Source: Chlorokybus atmophyticus (Eukaryota > Plantae > Mesostigma and Chlorokybus algae). From it: a DNA stretch of 64,000 bases. The notes beneath the pieces were generated by a model that worked only from the letters and a program-made list of their open reading frames with translations, did no database searches and was not told where the DNA came from. Below are positions 11,843-27,972 of the stretch, piece after piece. The DNA lies in assembly GCA_009103225.1 (NCBI GenBank), contig RHPI01001737.1:310511-374510 (forward strand), given 5' to 3'. Position 1 is the stretch's first letter, and the number at the start of each line of letters is the position of its first letter. The position numbers were made by a program, and so were the translations under genes.

Positions 11843-11961
11843 NNNNNNNNNNNNNNNNNNNNNNNNNNNNNNNNNNNNNNNNNNNNNNNNNNNNNNNNNN
11901 NNNNNNNNNNNNNNNNNNNNNNNNNNNNNNNNNNNNNNNNNNNNNNNNNNNNNNNNNNNNN
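11843..11961. other. Assembly gap (N run)
   Basis: 119 Ns. Confidence 1.
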
Positions 11962-13347
11962 GGTCCCGCTCACGCACGACACGTGGGAAGGGGAATAGTT
12001 TGTGTCGCGCGCCGTTTAATTATAAACTGTAAACTTATAAACTTATAAACTGAAAGCTCTGCAAATTGCTCTCCCAACCAACCATGTTTCACTGTCTGAT
12101 AAATGATGCTCACACTTAAGCTTATGACCCTGCTCTTTGCTAATAGCAGACCGCTATGCGTGCTTATGTTCCGGCTAATAAACCAGACCGGGTCTCGTAA
12201 CTTGATGTCCATCCAAACTCTTGATGTCTCTGTATGCAGCAACAGCACAATGTGTGAGTGCAATGTGTTGCTGTCGGTGGTAGGCAAGGACGCAATTCAG
12301 ATAGAAAGCTTGTGGCTAGGGCTTTCTTGCATCGGAGCCATGTGTATTGATGCATTGCGGTGTGTAACGGTCGCGCACGCAATATAATTGTGTTCAACCC
12401 TGTATTAAATTGACATGCAAGCGTCGCGCTGTAACAATTTAAACCAATTAAAGATTTGCTGCATGCAGCTTGCGGATCGATAATAACCCCACTAGCATGC
12501 AGCCTAATTTGGTTTGCCTACCACTCAAATAAATGCTACCAGATTTCACATTTATACACAGTCTCTAAATAAGGAGTATATTCATTGACTTTATAGATTT
12601 TTTGCGACAAAAGCGTATTGTTCTAATGAAAAAGGTTATTAAAAATACTTGTTGGGAATGGCAAATGTAAATTGTATATATACATCTAATACGTGAAGGG
12701 AATGGAAAATGTAGATTACATATATACATCTATTTGAAAGCTGGTCAATTTTTAGCTTTAATTAGCTTTATGATATGTTCTATAACAAGAAAAAGGAAGA
12801 TATTCCAAAGAAATTTTAATTTTTAAACTGCGAGAGCTTTAACTATTTGGTTGATAAATGGCGGAAAAGTAAGTGGAAACGGGGTAAAGACATCTCTCGG
12901 TCTCCGAGCACACACGCTCACACGATGTTTGTGTTTGGGATGCAGCTCAAAGGAAGAGGCGCGCCCTTAACAAGCAACTCTAATTGGTCACAAACCACCC
13001 CATGCTTGTGTAACAACATGATACGCCAGAACTACGTAGAATTGGTCTAGCTCGCAAGGTTTCTAGTACAACGTTGGCTTTGTTACAGCAACCAGCAATT
13101 CCCAACGCAAAGGCACACCTGCACTTGTCCACTGAAACGCATATAAAGCATACGACAATCTGTGGATGTGCAACCGAACACTCAGCAGCACCCTCAACTT
13201 CAGCATGGCGCATCAACTCAACAGCGCAGTATTGCGCCTTTCTCCAAGCAAAGCCAAAGTGCTGCCTTACACTCCACAGAAGCAGCATTGATAGATATCC
13301 TTTTCAACCTCACAATGTCGAAAAGGATATAACCAAAGCCACTTGCT

Positions 13348-14622
13348 CTACCCAAAGCTCTGCCACCTGCAAGGTACCCACAATCAACTCAAATTGGTTG
13401 GGTACCGGCACACAATGGTACAACTTGGGCATGCTTGCAACTCTGATTATTACCTGGGTAGGTGCTCTGCTGCGAGTCTGCACAAACTGTATGTACACAA
13501 CGCCAGCAAAACGGTTCCAACCGTATCTGGGCAGGCTGTCAAGGGGTGCATCCATTTGAGATATGTGGAAACAACCAACTCCTTGTGCAAACCACGTACA
13601 TGCACACGCGTGCGTCAGACACACGCACGTGTGTTTGTGCGCGCCACACACATGCACTCGCACACACAACCACGCAAACGCGCGCACACACCCATGCATG
13701 CGCGCACATCCACACGCACACGCACACGCGCACATGCATGTGCGTGTGAGTGTGGGTGCACACCCAAACACCCAAACCATCCAATAATGTGCGCGTACTC
13801 ATGCACACACGCACACATTTTCGCACGTTCAGTATGCCTGTGGAACGGGACAGAGCAGGATACTGGTCAGCCACCGCTCCCACGGATCGAGCATGTACAG
13901 CCCTGTGGTGACGTTGTACCAGAGGATATACTTGTCAATGGCCTTCAAGATTCTCATAACCATGCCATCGCGCCTCGCCTGCTGCTGGATCATCGCATAC
14001 TGGTGGGCATAACTCTGCCGTATGCAGACAACAGCAATGATGATAATGATAGCGACAGTTTAAGGCTGTGCATGCACTTGTGTGTGCGTGTGCGAGTGTG
14101 CGTGCGCTTGTTCCTGAGCATGCACATGTGAGTGTGCGTGAGTGTTTTCATGCGCGCGAGCGTGCATGGGGGGTCGCGTACCGTTGCAGAGTTATTGTTG
14201 GCATGGTTGAGCGGTTCTTCTAGTCCTTCTTGCTGATTGCCTGTTCACAAACATACACTTGCTGAATGAGACTGTGGCCACGTTGCGCTGTCTTTCTGCT
14301 TGTGTGGGTGCTTCACACAGACACAGACACCAGTAGCACGACAACTCTCGCTGCGGAAGGTAGCAAAGTCACTAAGTAATAATAGCCTCCAAGAGAAAAC
14401 GTTTCCAAGCAATCCAAGTTACAATGAATGAATGAGCGATGAATAAGTGACAATCACAAGCTTCCCGACCCGACCTAAGATTTGCCGACACAGGGCACCT
14501 TGCGCATACTAGCACAGCGCACGCCCACACACGCAACAGCAACACAATGCACGCATTCCGCACACACCTGTCGTCTGGGCAGGTGCCGCGGGAGCCCGCA
14601 TGCCCCTCCTTTGCGTCACCAT
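13348..14622 (-). CDS. Serine palmitoyltransferase small subunit (ssSPT); core starts at ATG 13963, possible N-terminal extension from 14622
   Basis: Exons ending at 13864, 13526-13454 and 13366-13348 give MVMRILKAIDKYILWYNVTTGLYMLDPWERWLTNTVGTVLLALCTYSLCRLAAEHLPRWQSFG*. This matches the ssSPT motif YNVTxGLYMLDxWER plus a TM helix. Splice phases are consistent. Confidence 0.85.
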
Positions 14623-15074
14623 CCTCTGTGCTCACCCCCGGCAAGCCACCCAAGTGTGCCGTCTTGCCACAGCACTGCTGAGCTATCGCTGTTGCTGTCG
14701 CTGACGCACTTAGCCCAGCCCAGTGGCAAGCCCTCAGACAAAAGCAGCAAAGGGTCGAGCTAACGCCAAGCTGCACCGAGCAGCCTCAACATTATGCAGT
14801 AACAGCAGTGGCTTGCCGTCTCTCTGTCTCGCCTTCTGTTTCCTTCTCGCTTCAGTTGACAAGCAAGCAACAGGCAACCAAGGGATCAAGAGAGCAAGCA
14901 AGCACTCCGTGCGCACACCCAATGACGCCGCCGCCTCGACGCTAGCCGCCTCAAACCTGTGCCCACTTTGCTATTTCGTGCAGCAGCTAGCCAGCCAGCA
15001 AGCCTATGTTAGCTGTGCGCAGCTGCTTGCAGGTTGTTGCTTGTGTGCTTGCCATTGTGCTTGGCGGCGTTGGC

Positions 15075-16950
15075 ATGGCTGCGCCGCTGCTGCGGCTGGT
15101 CGGGCGGCAGGGGATTGGGCTGACGACGACGAGGACGCGGGCGGTGCTGGCATTGTGCACCACCACCACCACCATCACCTTTTCCTCCTCGTCGTCAGCC
15201 GCTGCCGGACGTCTGTTATGGCCGGACAGAGGGAGCTGTTGCGGTGGCGTAGAGACAGCGGCGTGTTTGGTGGAACACTCTTGTTGTTCTTCGGTCCACT
15301 TCTCCACTGCTGCTGCTGCTGAGGCAAAGGCCATACCGGTGGCAGCCATAGAGCACCAGCCACAAGACCGCAATTATGCTAGTGGTGCTGCTGCTGCCCA
15401 TGCAGAGCTTAAGGCAGGTCGCTGCCCGCAAACCCTGACTGCAAATTTGCCGCTGCAATGTCTGTCTGTTTGTTTGTTTGTTTGTTGGCTTGTTTTGCGT
15501 TCCGTATGTTTGTTTGTCTCTCGTGTTATTGCATGCCGTTGCTTATCATGTCATTGCTCCATGGATCGTCAACGATCTGTGAAAAACAACACTGCACTCT
15601 ACCCGCATGTGTCTATGCTCTTTGTTAGTTGCACGGTCTAGTGTGGAGTGCGCATGCTAGCGAGACTCAAGCGTTGCTCTGAACGACACAATCAGCTCAG
15701 ACACATCAATGATCCGGGCAGGTGCGCTTAAGCCCGACGGGACACTGGTGCTGTACAGAGGCCGCTGGATTCGTCTGTTAAGAGTGTTGGTGAGGTAAGT
15801 ACAGCGTGTTTTACTTTTATCACTGATGTTCAGTGCAGTACAGCATACTGCATGTGCAGGTTAAAGATTGGTCAGCTGTCTGGCGTAGCAGCCTTGGCGC
15901 TACCGATTGCCCTGTACGTGCAACAGGTCTGCTTCTATTGGAGAAGCGTGCATATGTGCTTGTATGTTCCATGGTATGCGCCTATGTGTGTGCATACGCG
16001 CTTTAAAGCAGGGCCGTTATTGTTTGCGTATACATGTCTCAAGTTAAGTATGACTTTCATGCACACGCGCGCACGCATGTACCGAGGTGAACATGTCCGT
16101 TTGACTGCGCACAAGAGCTACACTGCTGCATGCGTGACACTAATGCAAGTTGCGTTCAGGGTAACCTGCCTCTGTCTACATGGTTGGGAGTTGGGGCCGT
16201 TGTGAGCGGCGCGGGTGCGGCGTCTTTTGCACTGTGGTTCTACTCCCGCAGGTGAGCGTCCTCCATATCATTAACATCTACTCTTCCCTTGATTGCATCT
16301 CGCAGACTACATCCTGCATGTCATTCAGGTATGTTGGCGAACTTGCTCTTTTGCCACCAGACTATCGCAAAGCAAAGTTTAGCACGCTTGATTTCTGGGG
16401 CCGACGTGAGGTGAGGAATGACTCTTCGTCAGTATATGCTTCTGCAATGCTCAACAGTATGTGCAGGTTGCATAGCTGCACAACTGAATGCTTTGTTGCA
16501 ATGCAGGACCTTATCGTAGACACCAGGTGACTGTTGTTTGCTGTACGCGATTCTGCTGAACGCGCACAAATTCTCTTTGCTGTTGCTGGTGATGCAGTTG
16601 GGGCGCAGTTTGTCTTGCACCTGTATTGGTTGCATTGTTGCATGCACATGTGTCGTGTAACAAGCCTTTATCTTCTTGGTTGCAGTGCCATTGTGCCACC
16701 TTTCAAAGGCCTGACACAGCAAGACCTGCAGCACGCGGCACAGCAAGTGTTTATACCCGCTTCGGTTCTGAACCAGAGGCAGTTTCTAATGTCGCTGCGG
16801 CTTGGCCATTTGCATGACAAGGACGCTCTGTTCAAGCTGCTCAACGGCACATATACCCCTGACGAGGTGCACTTTGCTCATAATGCTGCCATTGAATGCG
16901 AATGTTGGTTGCAAGACACATTTGCAACCGTCATGGTGCTCACAATGTGA
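15075..16950 (+). CDS. TMEM186-like mitochondrial membrane protein; 3' end approximate
   Basis: Presequence-like exon 1, then LYRGRWIRLLRVLVRLKIGQLSGVAALALP, a second TM segment, RRYVGELALL, STLDFWGRRED (20-nt micro-exon near 16508) and FLMSLRLGHLHD. This follows the TMEM186/TMEM70 family pattern. Confidence 0.7.
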
Positions 16951-18137
16951 TGTTGGTTGGTGGTCAAGGTGATTATGATTGTAATTGCAATGATGATGGT
17001 TGCAGTGGTGATGGTGATTGTGTTGTGCCCAGGTTTGCTCAAGGGTGCATGCATTCCAACAGCAACATCCTGCTGTTGAGCATCAGGCATCGCACTCTGA
17101 AGAGCGGTGATTGAAGCAGTAAGCACGGACACAGAGTTGGGCTATGTTGTAACGCAATGTTGATGCGGTGCTCTACGCATTGATGAGCGTGTAGAGCATG
17201 TTAGAATTCGAAGCACAGTTGTGTTGTCATGGGTACTTAGACCAAACACTCGACTGATGCCATCATCGCCGGCGTGCCATCGTTGTGCCGATACTCAGCT
17301 GTCGCCGTAGACAGCAAAGAATATAACAAAGCCTGCTCCAGCACGCATGTCTTAGTTCTTGGCATGGCTTGTGGCAGAGTTATTCTGCGTGTCGGACAAC
17401 GACAATGCCCAATAGCTACACTGCGCCGCCAACCATTGAGACCACTGCATGGTGTTTTGAAAGCATTGTTGCAATTCCGTTGGTGATACACTCTGTGCTG
17501 CGCACTCACATTATGGTGGACTTGCCGTGTATAGCAGTGTTAATTGTGATTGGTGTAGGCAAGCTGGTTGGGTCCGCGACTCAGCACAACGTGCCAATTG
17601 GTGTAGACAGCGGTGAGTGTTTCTGACACATCAGTGTCAGTTCAGGTTGTGAACAAGCTATCATTGTCAGCGTTGATGACTGGAAGTGAAAGTGAACGAC
17701 ACACCCAGATTTTAGCAACCAATACCTATGCTGAAACAAAGGCTAGCCAAATAAGCAACAAACACATGTGGTCACCTATGCACAGCTGACTCTGACGATT
17801 AGTTGGTGGCAGGTCAATGCCGTTATCTCTTGCCAGGCACTGCAGGTTTGTCACTCAGACAGTTGGTCTAAATATAACCCTCCTACTACTGGTATACAAG
17901 CAATCGGATTGTTGTGGTGATTTTAGTACATGCTCAGGGTGTCTTAAGCAGTCCACACACAACCAAGACGCGCTCACAGCGGCGTGTTTGCTTTCTTCGG
18001 TTCAACTGATGGTCAAGTCCACACCATTCAGTCCACTAAAACAATGCAAGCGATTCTCTGCGGTCACAAAGTATATAATCGCAGCATTCAACTGTCCATG
18101 CAGACAGTTGAATGCTGCAAAAACCACAATAGCCATG

Positions 18138-21384
<3,247 letters not shown>

Positions 21385-21569
21385 CACCCTAACCCCAGGA
21401 GGCGGTGGCGCCGCCCCAGGCAGATCACCACCGCCGCCGCCCACACCAGTCACCACCACATCCACTACAACAACAGGGACTATATTGCAAAAGGCCAAAA
21501 CGGCAGTGTTCGAGGTCAATACAGAGTAACCAACCAACCAGCTACCACAAGCGATTATCTACTGTATGA

Positions 21570-22151
21570 CTATATCGTCATAAAGGTCTCTGACGTCGTG
21601 GTCGCCCACATCGCGTCCGCTCTTCGTGTCGTGTCCGTCATGGCCGCTGCCTTGTCCAGGACAGCTACGGCCTGCGCTTTTTGAAGCGCGCAAGCGATAC
21701 GTTGCCTATAGGTGCGTAGGTAGCCTGGTACGCGCGCTCTATCCTGGTCCCGCTCACGCACGACACGTGTTGCACAGCGCCGCAAAAGCCCATGGAATGC
21801 CTCTCCCAGGGCGCCATGTGTCTCGAGGGCTAGCGGAACGAACGTATCTGTGCGGTGGGCGTCAGAGTATTTCACGCGTTTGGCCGCCTCCGCCTGTCTT
21901 GCGGCCGCGCCTGCTTCAACGGCGGATGCCCTCACCACCACATCCAGCAAAAGCCGCCCGTCCGATCCGGGCTCTGTCACCAGTAGATCGACGCGTCTTC
22001 CTTTCGTCTCCCCTTCTCGCAGCGGAAGCAGCCCGGATACCTCGTAGGCGACACGGAAGCCCGCCTCTCTGAGGATGGTCCCCACCTCGTACTTCACTGC
22101 GTCATGTGTCGCAATGACACCGGATCCACGCGGGCAACGGATGACGTGCAT
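21570..22151 (-). mobile_element. 5'-truncated non-LTR retrotransposon (restriction-like endonuclease type)
   Basis: HVIRC...THDAV, then RRVDLLV, LLDVVV, KRVKY and FVPLALETHGALG: the C-terminal zinc knuckle plus PD-(D/E)xK endonuclease of R2/R4/CRE/NeSL-type LINEs. No RT domain is present. Confidence 0.85.
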
Positions 22152-22705
22152 CCACTACGGCTACACTGCGCTCAACAACCAAGTAAGCCTGCAGGCGGCG
22201 AGGTGGTCGAACTAGTGGAGGTTGTGAAGGACGTGCGCAATGCACTGGTGGAGTTCCTTACAAGCTGGGCTGCCTGCGACCAAGCGAGCTGAGCACAGAG
22301 CGCCAGGCGCAGCTCGCATGCCAAGCTTGAAGGGCGAGACTGTGCAACCTTGCTTCAGACTGGTTGTTTGCCACTTGTTTTGATCGATCAGTTGGCAACA
22401 ACCGTCATGTTGGCGTTGTTGTCTTGTGTTTGCATGAAATATGTATACGCAAGGACTGCGATAGGTTTTCCGTGCAGCCATTCTGGACATGCGCTGCTGT
22501 ATGCTGCTTGCTTCAACTAGCCGCCCATGCAATCACTTACCTCAACAACTCTCCAATGTCTGACTGAATGCCTATTGTTGAGCGACAATGCAGCTCATGC
22601 AAACCTGTTCAACCTGATTGCCATTCATGTCGTGGCTGCTGTCAACATCATGGTTGGCCAACTACCATGATCAACAACAATCACAGCTAGCTACTCGTTT
22701 GTCAA

Positions 22706-25700
22706 CTACAAGCTGAAAGGCATGTGTCTTGCGGCGCGCATCATCACTTCACTCTTGAGTCCAACCTCCAGCAGCTTTGCCATCCCGCTGCCATCAACGC
22801 TGATAACCTCTTTCTGGCTTCCACCCATCCTCGAGAGCGTGATCCGCGCCACCATTTCCTCAAACTCCTGTGAAGCATGATGGGTTACACGGGCTTACTT
22901 TAGCAGCTACTCCTCCTCTGTCTCACCTCATAGAGTATCTCAATGCTGGCGTTCTTTGGGTGCTCGTGTGGGGACGGCGCCTCGGGCGTGTGAGTCACCG
23001 CCACTAACACGTCGCAAGCCTGTTGAGGTACACGCACGAGTACGTTGGTTTGGGATGTGTACAGGTGCATGGGATTGCGCACACACATGCGTGCGTGTGG
23101 TTTGGCGGCGTCTGTATGCGTGCGCATGAGTGTGCGCGGGTATGCCTGCATGAATGTATACGTGGTAAAACTTGGGTATCATACCCAGCTGTAGTGCAGA
23201 CACGCACACGCATACGCTTGCACATGTATGCACAAGCACACATGCGCATGCATGAACCAGACCTTCTTGAGGGGAAAGGACGGGTCCAGCAGTTCGAGAT
23301 TATTCAAAAAGCGGAGGTACCCATTGGCATTGACAGTGCTATTGCTTATGTTACTCGCAATGGTCGGCTGCCGGTAGTACATATATATCTTGCGCAGTCG
23401 ATCGCGCACGCTTTTCATCACGTTTTGCACAGCTGTATATTGTCCAATCCACGTTTGTTAGTCTACACTTCAGCATATTGTTATGCATCCATATAGCCGT
23501 ACATTCTGACAACTGTAAGAAGTGCAAATCATGCGTGTGCAGCAGTTTGACTGTTTACCTTCCGTGTAAAACTTGGCGACTGAGAAAGTGTCCTTTGTCA
23601 ACTTCTTGCTGTTTTTATTTGAACTGGAAGGTATAACCTGCATAAGCAGTGTATCAGCATGAGAGCATCACTAGCAACTGTTGCCTTGCCAGCCAATTGC
23701 ATGAAGTTGTCTCAAGTCAGATGCTTCTCATCCGTACGTGTTTCAAGAGACAAGTCAGGAGCTGTGCTGGCGACTTCTCTTCCTTCTCGAAGTCGTCATC
23801 ATCCCCAAGATGTTGTTTGATCAATAGCAACTTGTCATCTGGTCTTAGACACCACGCTATACGCATCAAAGACTCTGCAAGAGACACCAAGTTACACATA
23901 CGTTGTGGCACCTTGTGACATGTTGTTATGCGGTCCCAACATACCCACAAACGCAGGGAAAATGATGACATTCGCTCCATCATGAGCATCATACGCAGTG
24001 CCGCCATCAATCTCCATCTCTGCAATGGTTGTTGTTTGTAGTGCCTCATGAGCGCTGGTGGCGGTGTTGTTATGTACAAGTGAGGCGGCGAGGGGCCCGC
24101 GGTCCAACCGCGCAAGGCCGCCCGCAAGCCTAGCCAAAGGCGTGTCCTGGACAGAGACGCTGGTGAGTGTGTGAGTGTGCGTGTGTTGGATGCCTTCTCC
24201 CGTGTGCGTGTGTCTCTCACCTTTGCAAAGCGCCAGAACTGGCATTGCTTCATTGCTGGCTCGGGTTCTTCCGCTGGTGTATGTGGCCGGAGTTGTGACA
24301 GATGTTGTGTGAGTTGGGACATGGACTCTCCGAGAAGTGGCGTGTCCGCCGACGTTCTTCGCGACTCTGATGAGTGAAAGGGCGGCGTCAATGCTTGAGT
24401 CGTGAGAGACAGAAGTGTGCTGACTGATTGACGTTGTGTTCATAGAAGTTTGTGGGAGGCTCTGACCTGAGCGGCTGACCTGACCCGAGCGGCTTTTGCT
24501 TCTGCGACGGACGGTTATCGCGGCTGACTTGAACCTGCAAAGGGCAGCGTTAATCAAAGCTTGGTCAATGTTGAACAAGAGCATGCAAACTCTATGCTCA
24601 GTTCTTGTCAGTCTGTTGTCATAATGAGTGTTCACGTGAGCTGATGTGCTCCATGGTTGCCTTCTAGCACCCACGACGGAACATTGACCAAACTTCCATG
24701 CGTGCAATGTTTGTGATCAAGACATTGGTCGTACTGTTAGTCAATACGTGTGGTACATCTTGACGTCACATCTCCGCAACTATGTTGCTGTGTTGTGCTG
24801 ACACTGCTAAAATATGAACTCTGCAGATCTGCACTCTACCCACCATGAGGCCTTGGCATTCTGCTGCTTGATCTCAACACCAAAGGTATCCAGTGACCTG
24901 AAGGGAGCAAGACAACGTGAGCCACACACCCACACAGGTTACAGTGCAGTTGTCAGGGATTGCAGTCCCCCTTCACCTGTATCGGTCAAATGCCTCCCGT
25001 AGGACACCCATGTTGCGCTTGAGCACCAAGCGCACCGCTGCCATCATCTCCTCCGCCGACTGCGTAAGCGAGTATCAGCACTGTCACCATCATTGTAATC
25101 GTCGTCAACATATGTCCAGTCTTCATGTCTACGCTGCCAGCTCTCTGGCTTCAGCAACACACAGGCGCGCATCCACACAGGGACACGCGCACACACATAC
25201 ACAATATTTTTTACCCCATGTGAAGAAGAAGGAGGCAGCAGGTTGCATGCCCGTGCGAGCAAGGCCTCCCAGACAGGCGCCATAGGCACCGCCATCTCCT
25301 CGCGCTCTTGCTCAAGCGCCAGTCTCTCCTCCTCTGTCAGCTGCACGGCAAGCAGGAGACTGAGACTCTTTCTTCACCTTCATCACTAAACAACAGCAAC
25401 AACAACATTCACACTGTGTGCTCTTACCTCAGAAGTGCGCCGTGACGACAACAGCCACGCCGGCAACCCGCCGTACCCTTCCTCAACATCGCTTTCTCCC
25501 TCTCCCTCTCCTCCCCTCCTCGCCCGCGAAGCCACAGCCACATCCGGGTAAAAGTCCCTGTGTGCAGCCATCTCCCTCACAGCCAGAAAGAAACCCTGTA
25601 AGACACAACATGATGTTGTTTTTATTGTTGTTGTTGTTGTTGTTGTCGTTGTTTGATGCAATGTGGAGTTAACAATGTGCTTGCCTCGATGATGCGTGGG

Positions 25701-26826
25701 GATGCGGGGCGGGTGGCCATGCGTGAGAGGCGGCGGCGCGCTATGCGGTGGTGGCGTGAAGGGGGCAGGAGGGGATGGGTTGATGTTGTGTTTGCTGGAG
25801 AGGGGGGCATGCCGGGCTTTACTGGCGTGCAGGCTTCTTGCACAGACTCAGGTTGCGCAATAGAGGCGCGTGCCCTTCGAGGGATGATTGGTTGTGTACT
25901 ACAGTAAGTTTCACAGCACTCTAGCATATTGTTGCAAATAGTCAGTAAACCTCACCTGGCGAGAGCAGCCTCTGTGGCACGCTGTTGTGCTCTTCGCTTG
26001 AGATCTCTCTGCACAGCCGAGAGTTATCAAGCGCAGTTCAGTCTGCCCGTCTCTCAGTAACTTGAAGCAAGCTTACGCGTGTGCGCGTAAGCTTGCTTGC
26101 GTGCGTGAGTGTATTGTGCACGCATGTGTGCGCACAGTCAAGTTGTAGTTGCTACCTTAACTAAGCGTCCGACCAAAGGGCGTGCACTGCGAACAGTAGG
26201 CGAGGGCGCCTGGCCGTCCCTCGCGCGCAGAGCACGTCTAAACTCCAACTGCAACCATAAAAACCCACGCACACGCACACGGACACAACTCAGCTTTTGC
26301 TCTCTTTGTCTCAACCTGCCTCTTCAGTCCTTACCTCTCTGAGGGTGTCGTCAGCGGCGCGCGCGCCCGGCGTGCGTGAGCGCAAGCCTGCGGATGGCGT
26401 GGAGGCCATCGATGACGCCGAGGAGAAGAGCACAGATGAGGAGAACAACATCGCGGAGCCTCCGCGTGCGGCCCGGCGCGGTGAGAACGAGAAGGACAGG
26501 GCTGTGCTCGCACGGGACCGTGAGTGTGCGCTGGTGTTGGTGTTGCTTCGCTGTAGAGAATGAGGTGAGACGGGTGGGGATAGTGTTGATGTTGTTGTTA
26601 GGCGTTGCTGTTGCGGGAGGAGAGAGGCTACTGAGCGGGCGCGGCCGAGGCTGCGAGCGCGCCTGCTAGCGTCTTCTTGGTCATAATCGTCGTCGTTGTT
26701 GTCTGAGTTGTTGTTGTCGTTGTTGTTGTCGTTGTTGTTGCTGCCATAGTTGGCAGTGTCGGCGCGGTGGAGGCCCTCGGCAGTGGCGACCCTGTGTACC
26801 AGAGCGCGCGCCGGCACCGCACTCAT
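22706..26826 (-). CDS. Uncharacterised multi-exon protein with paired EF-hand-like repeats resembling ciliary RSPH10B-type C-terminal domains
   Basis: Splicing gives IIFPAFVESLMRIAW, then LRKIYMYY...NANGYLRFLNNLELLD and ILYEEFEEMVARI, ending ARHMPFSL*. Low-complexity N-terminus starts MSAVPAR. Middle exons are unresolved. Confidence 0.55.
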
Positions 26827-26946
26827 CTTCGCCAGCTGGCATTGGTTGCTTTGAGTCAGTGAGTGCATGAGTGAGTGAGCCAGTAAGTGAGTGAACGAAT
26901 GAGTGAGTGATTGAGCGAATGTGCAGTTGATTGGTTTTCTTGCCTC

Positions 26947-27512
26947 ATGCACGAGAGGCCCACCGGGCCGCCACTGCACGCGCGCCAGTTTGGGGTCGAG
27001 GGCGGACAGGTTTGCAGAAAACACCTGGTTGCTAACGTGGAGTCGAAACAGGTCAGCTTAGCAACAAGTTGCCTGCGTATAATGTGCTGAAGCAGTGTGT
27101 GCACATGTGCGTGTGCGCTTGTGCACGTATGCGTGTGTCATCCACAAAACCTAATAAGGTGTACTGGTTGGCTTGTGATACAGATGCATGTGCGTTCCAG
27201 CAACAAGGGATGGGTGACAAGAGAAGCGTAAGGGAGCAGAACATGTATGCACCTGTAGTCTGTAGGGTAGAAGATCTCATCCCTGCGCAGAATGGGGAAC
27301 AGGTGCGCGAACGGCCTCTCTTCTCCCTTGTCTCCCCTCATCTTGTTTGTAGCCGCCCTCACCCAATGACTGCAGTTACCGACTCACATATGTGGCGTAA
27401 CTCTCGCTTGGATACCGACAAAGGTATCAACCCGTCTCCACCATATCAACCATACCAGCTCTTCGCACAGCAGGATTACAAGAACGACCCGCCAGCACAA
27501 CACCCGCTCTAA
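26947..27512 (+). CDS. Putative small (about 100 aa) four-exon ORF of unknown function
   Basis: Exons 26947-27051, 27201-27227, 27266-27302 and about 27379-27512 join in frame with GT-AG ends, but one intron is only 38 nt. Confidence 0.3.
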
Positions 27513-27567
27513 GCAGCATCCTTGCGGTACTGACAATGCATCACAACATTGTGCAGTTGCTGCTGAA

Positions 27568-27570
<3 letters not shown>

Positions 27571-27601
<31 letters not shown>

Positions 27602-27650
27602 GCTCTCGCTCTCGCTCTCGCTCTCGCTCTCGCTCTCCCTCTCTCTCTGA
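27571..27650. repeat. (CT)n / (CTCTCG)n microsatellite
   Basis: Directly visible. Confidence 0.95.
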
Positions 27651-27972
27651 GCCACGCCACGCCACGTGGCAACGCCGCCGAGCAAGGGTGCGGAAGATCA
27701 CGTGACGCTACCTCAAACCGGATGCAGCACTCAAGGTTCATTCAAACCAGTTTCGCCAATCTTCAACCAAACGGCAAACGGTGACAGTAGTAGTCCTCAT
27801 TGTCACCGTTCGCCCGAGACTTTGGTGGTTCGTTCGTGAGCATAATAATAGAACAACGCAGCACTGTGCTGGTTGGACGCGTAGCAGTGGCAGGGCGCGG
27901 CGGCGGCGGCGGCGGCGGCCGTGGTGGTGTGTGTGGCAGTAGTGGAGGGAGAGTTCAGACTGGTTAGCAGTA

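Noticed and set aside
13343-14131. Long His/Thr/Ala- or Cys/Val-rich ORFs, here and in many introns
   Set aside because: Translations of (CA)n/(TG)n-rich intronic low-complexity DNA.
17500-17630. YTNWH...GPN string reminiscent of a C-type lectin
   Set aside because: Only 27 codons between an AG and a stop, with none of the conserved cysteines.
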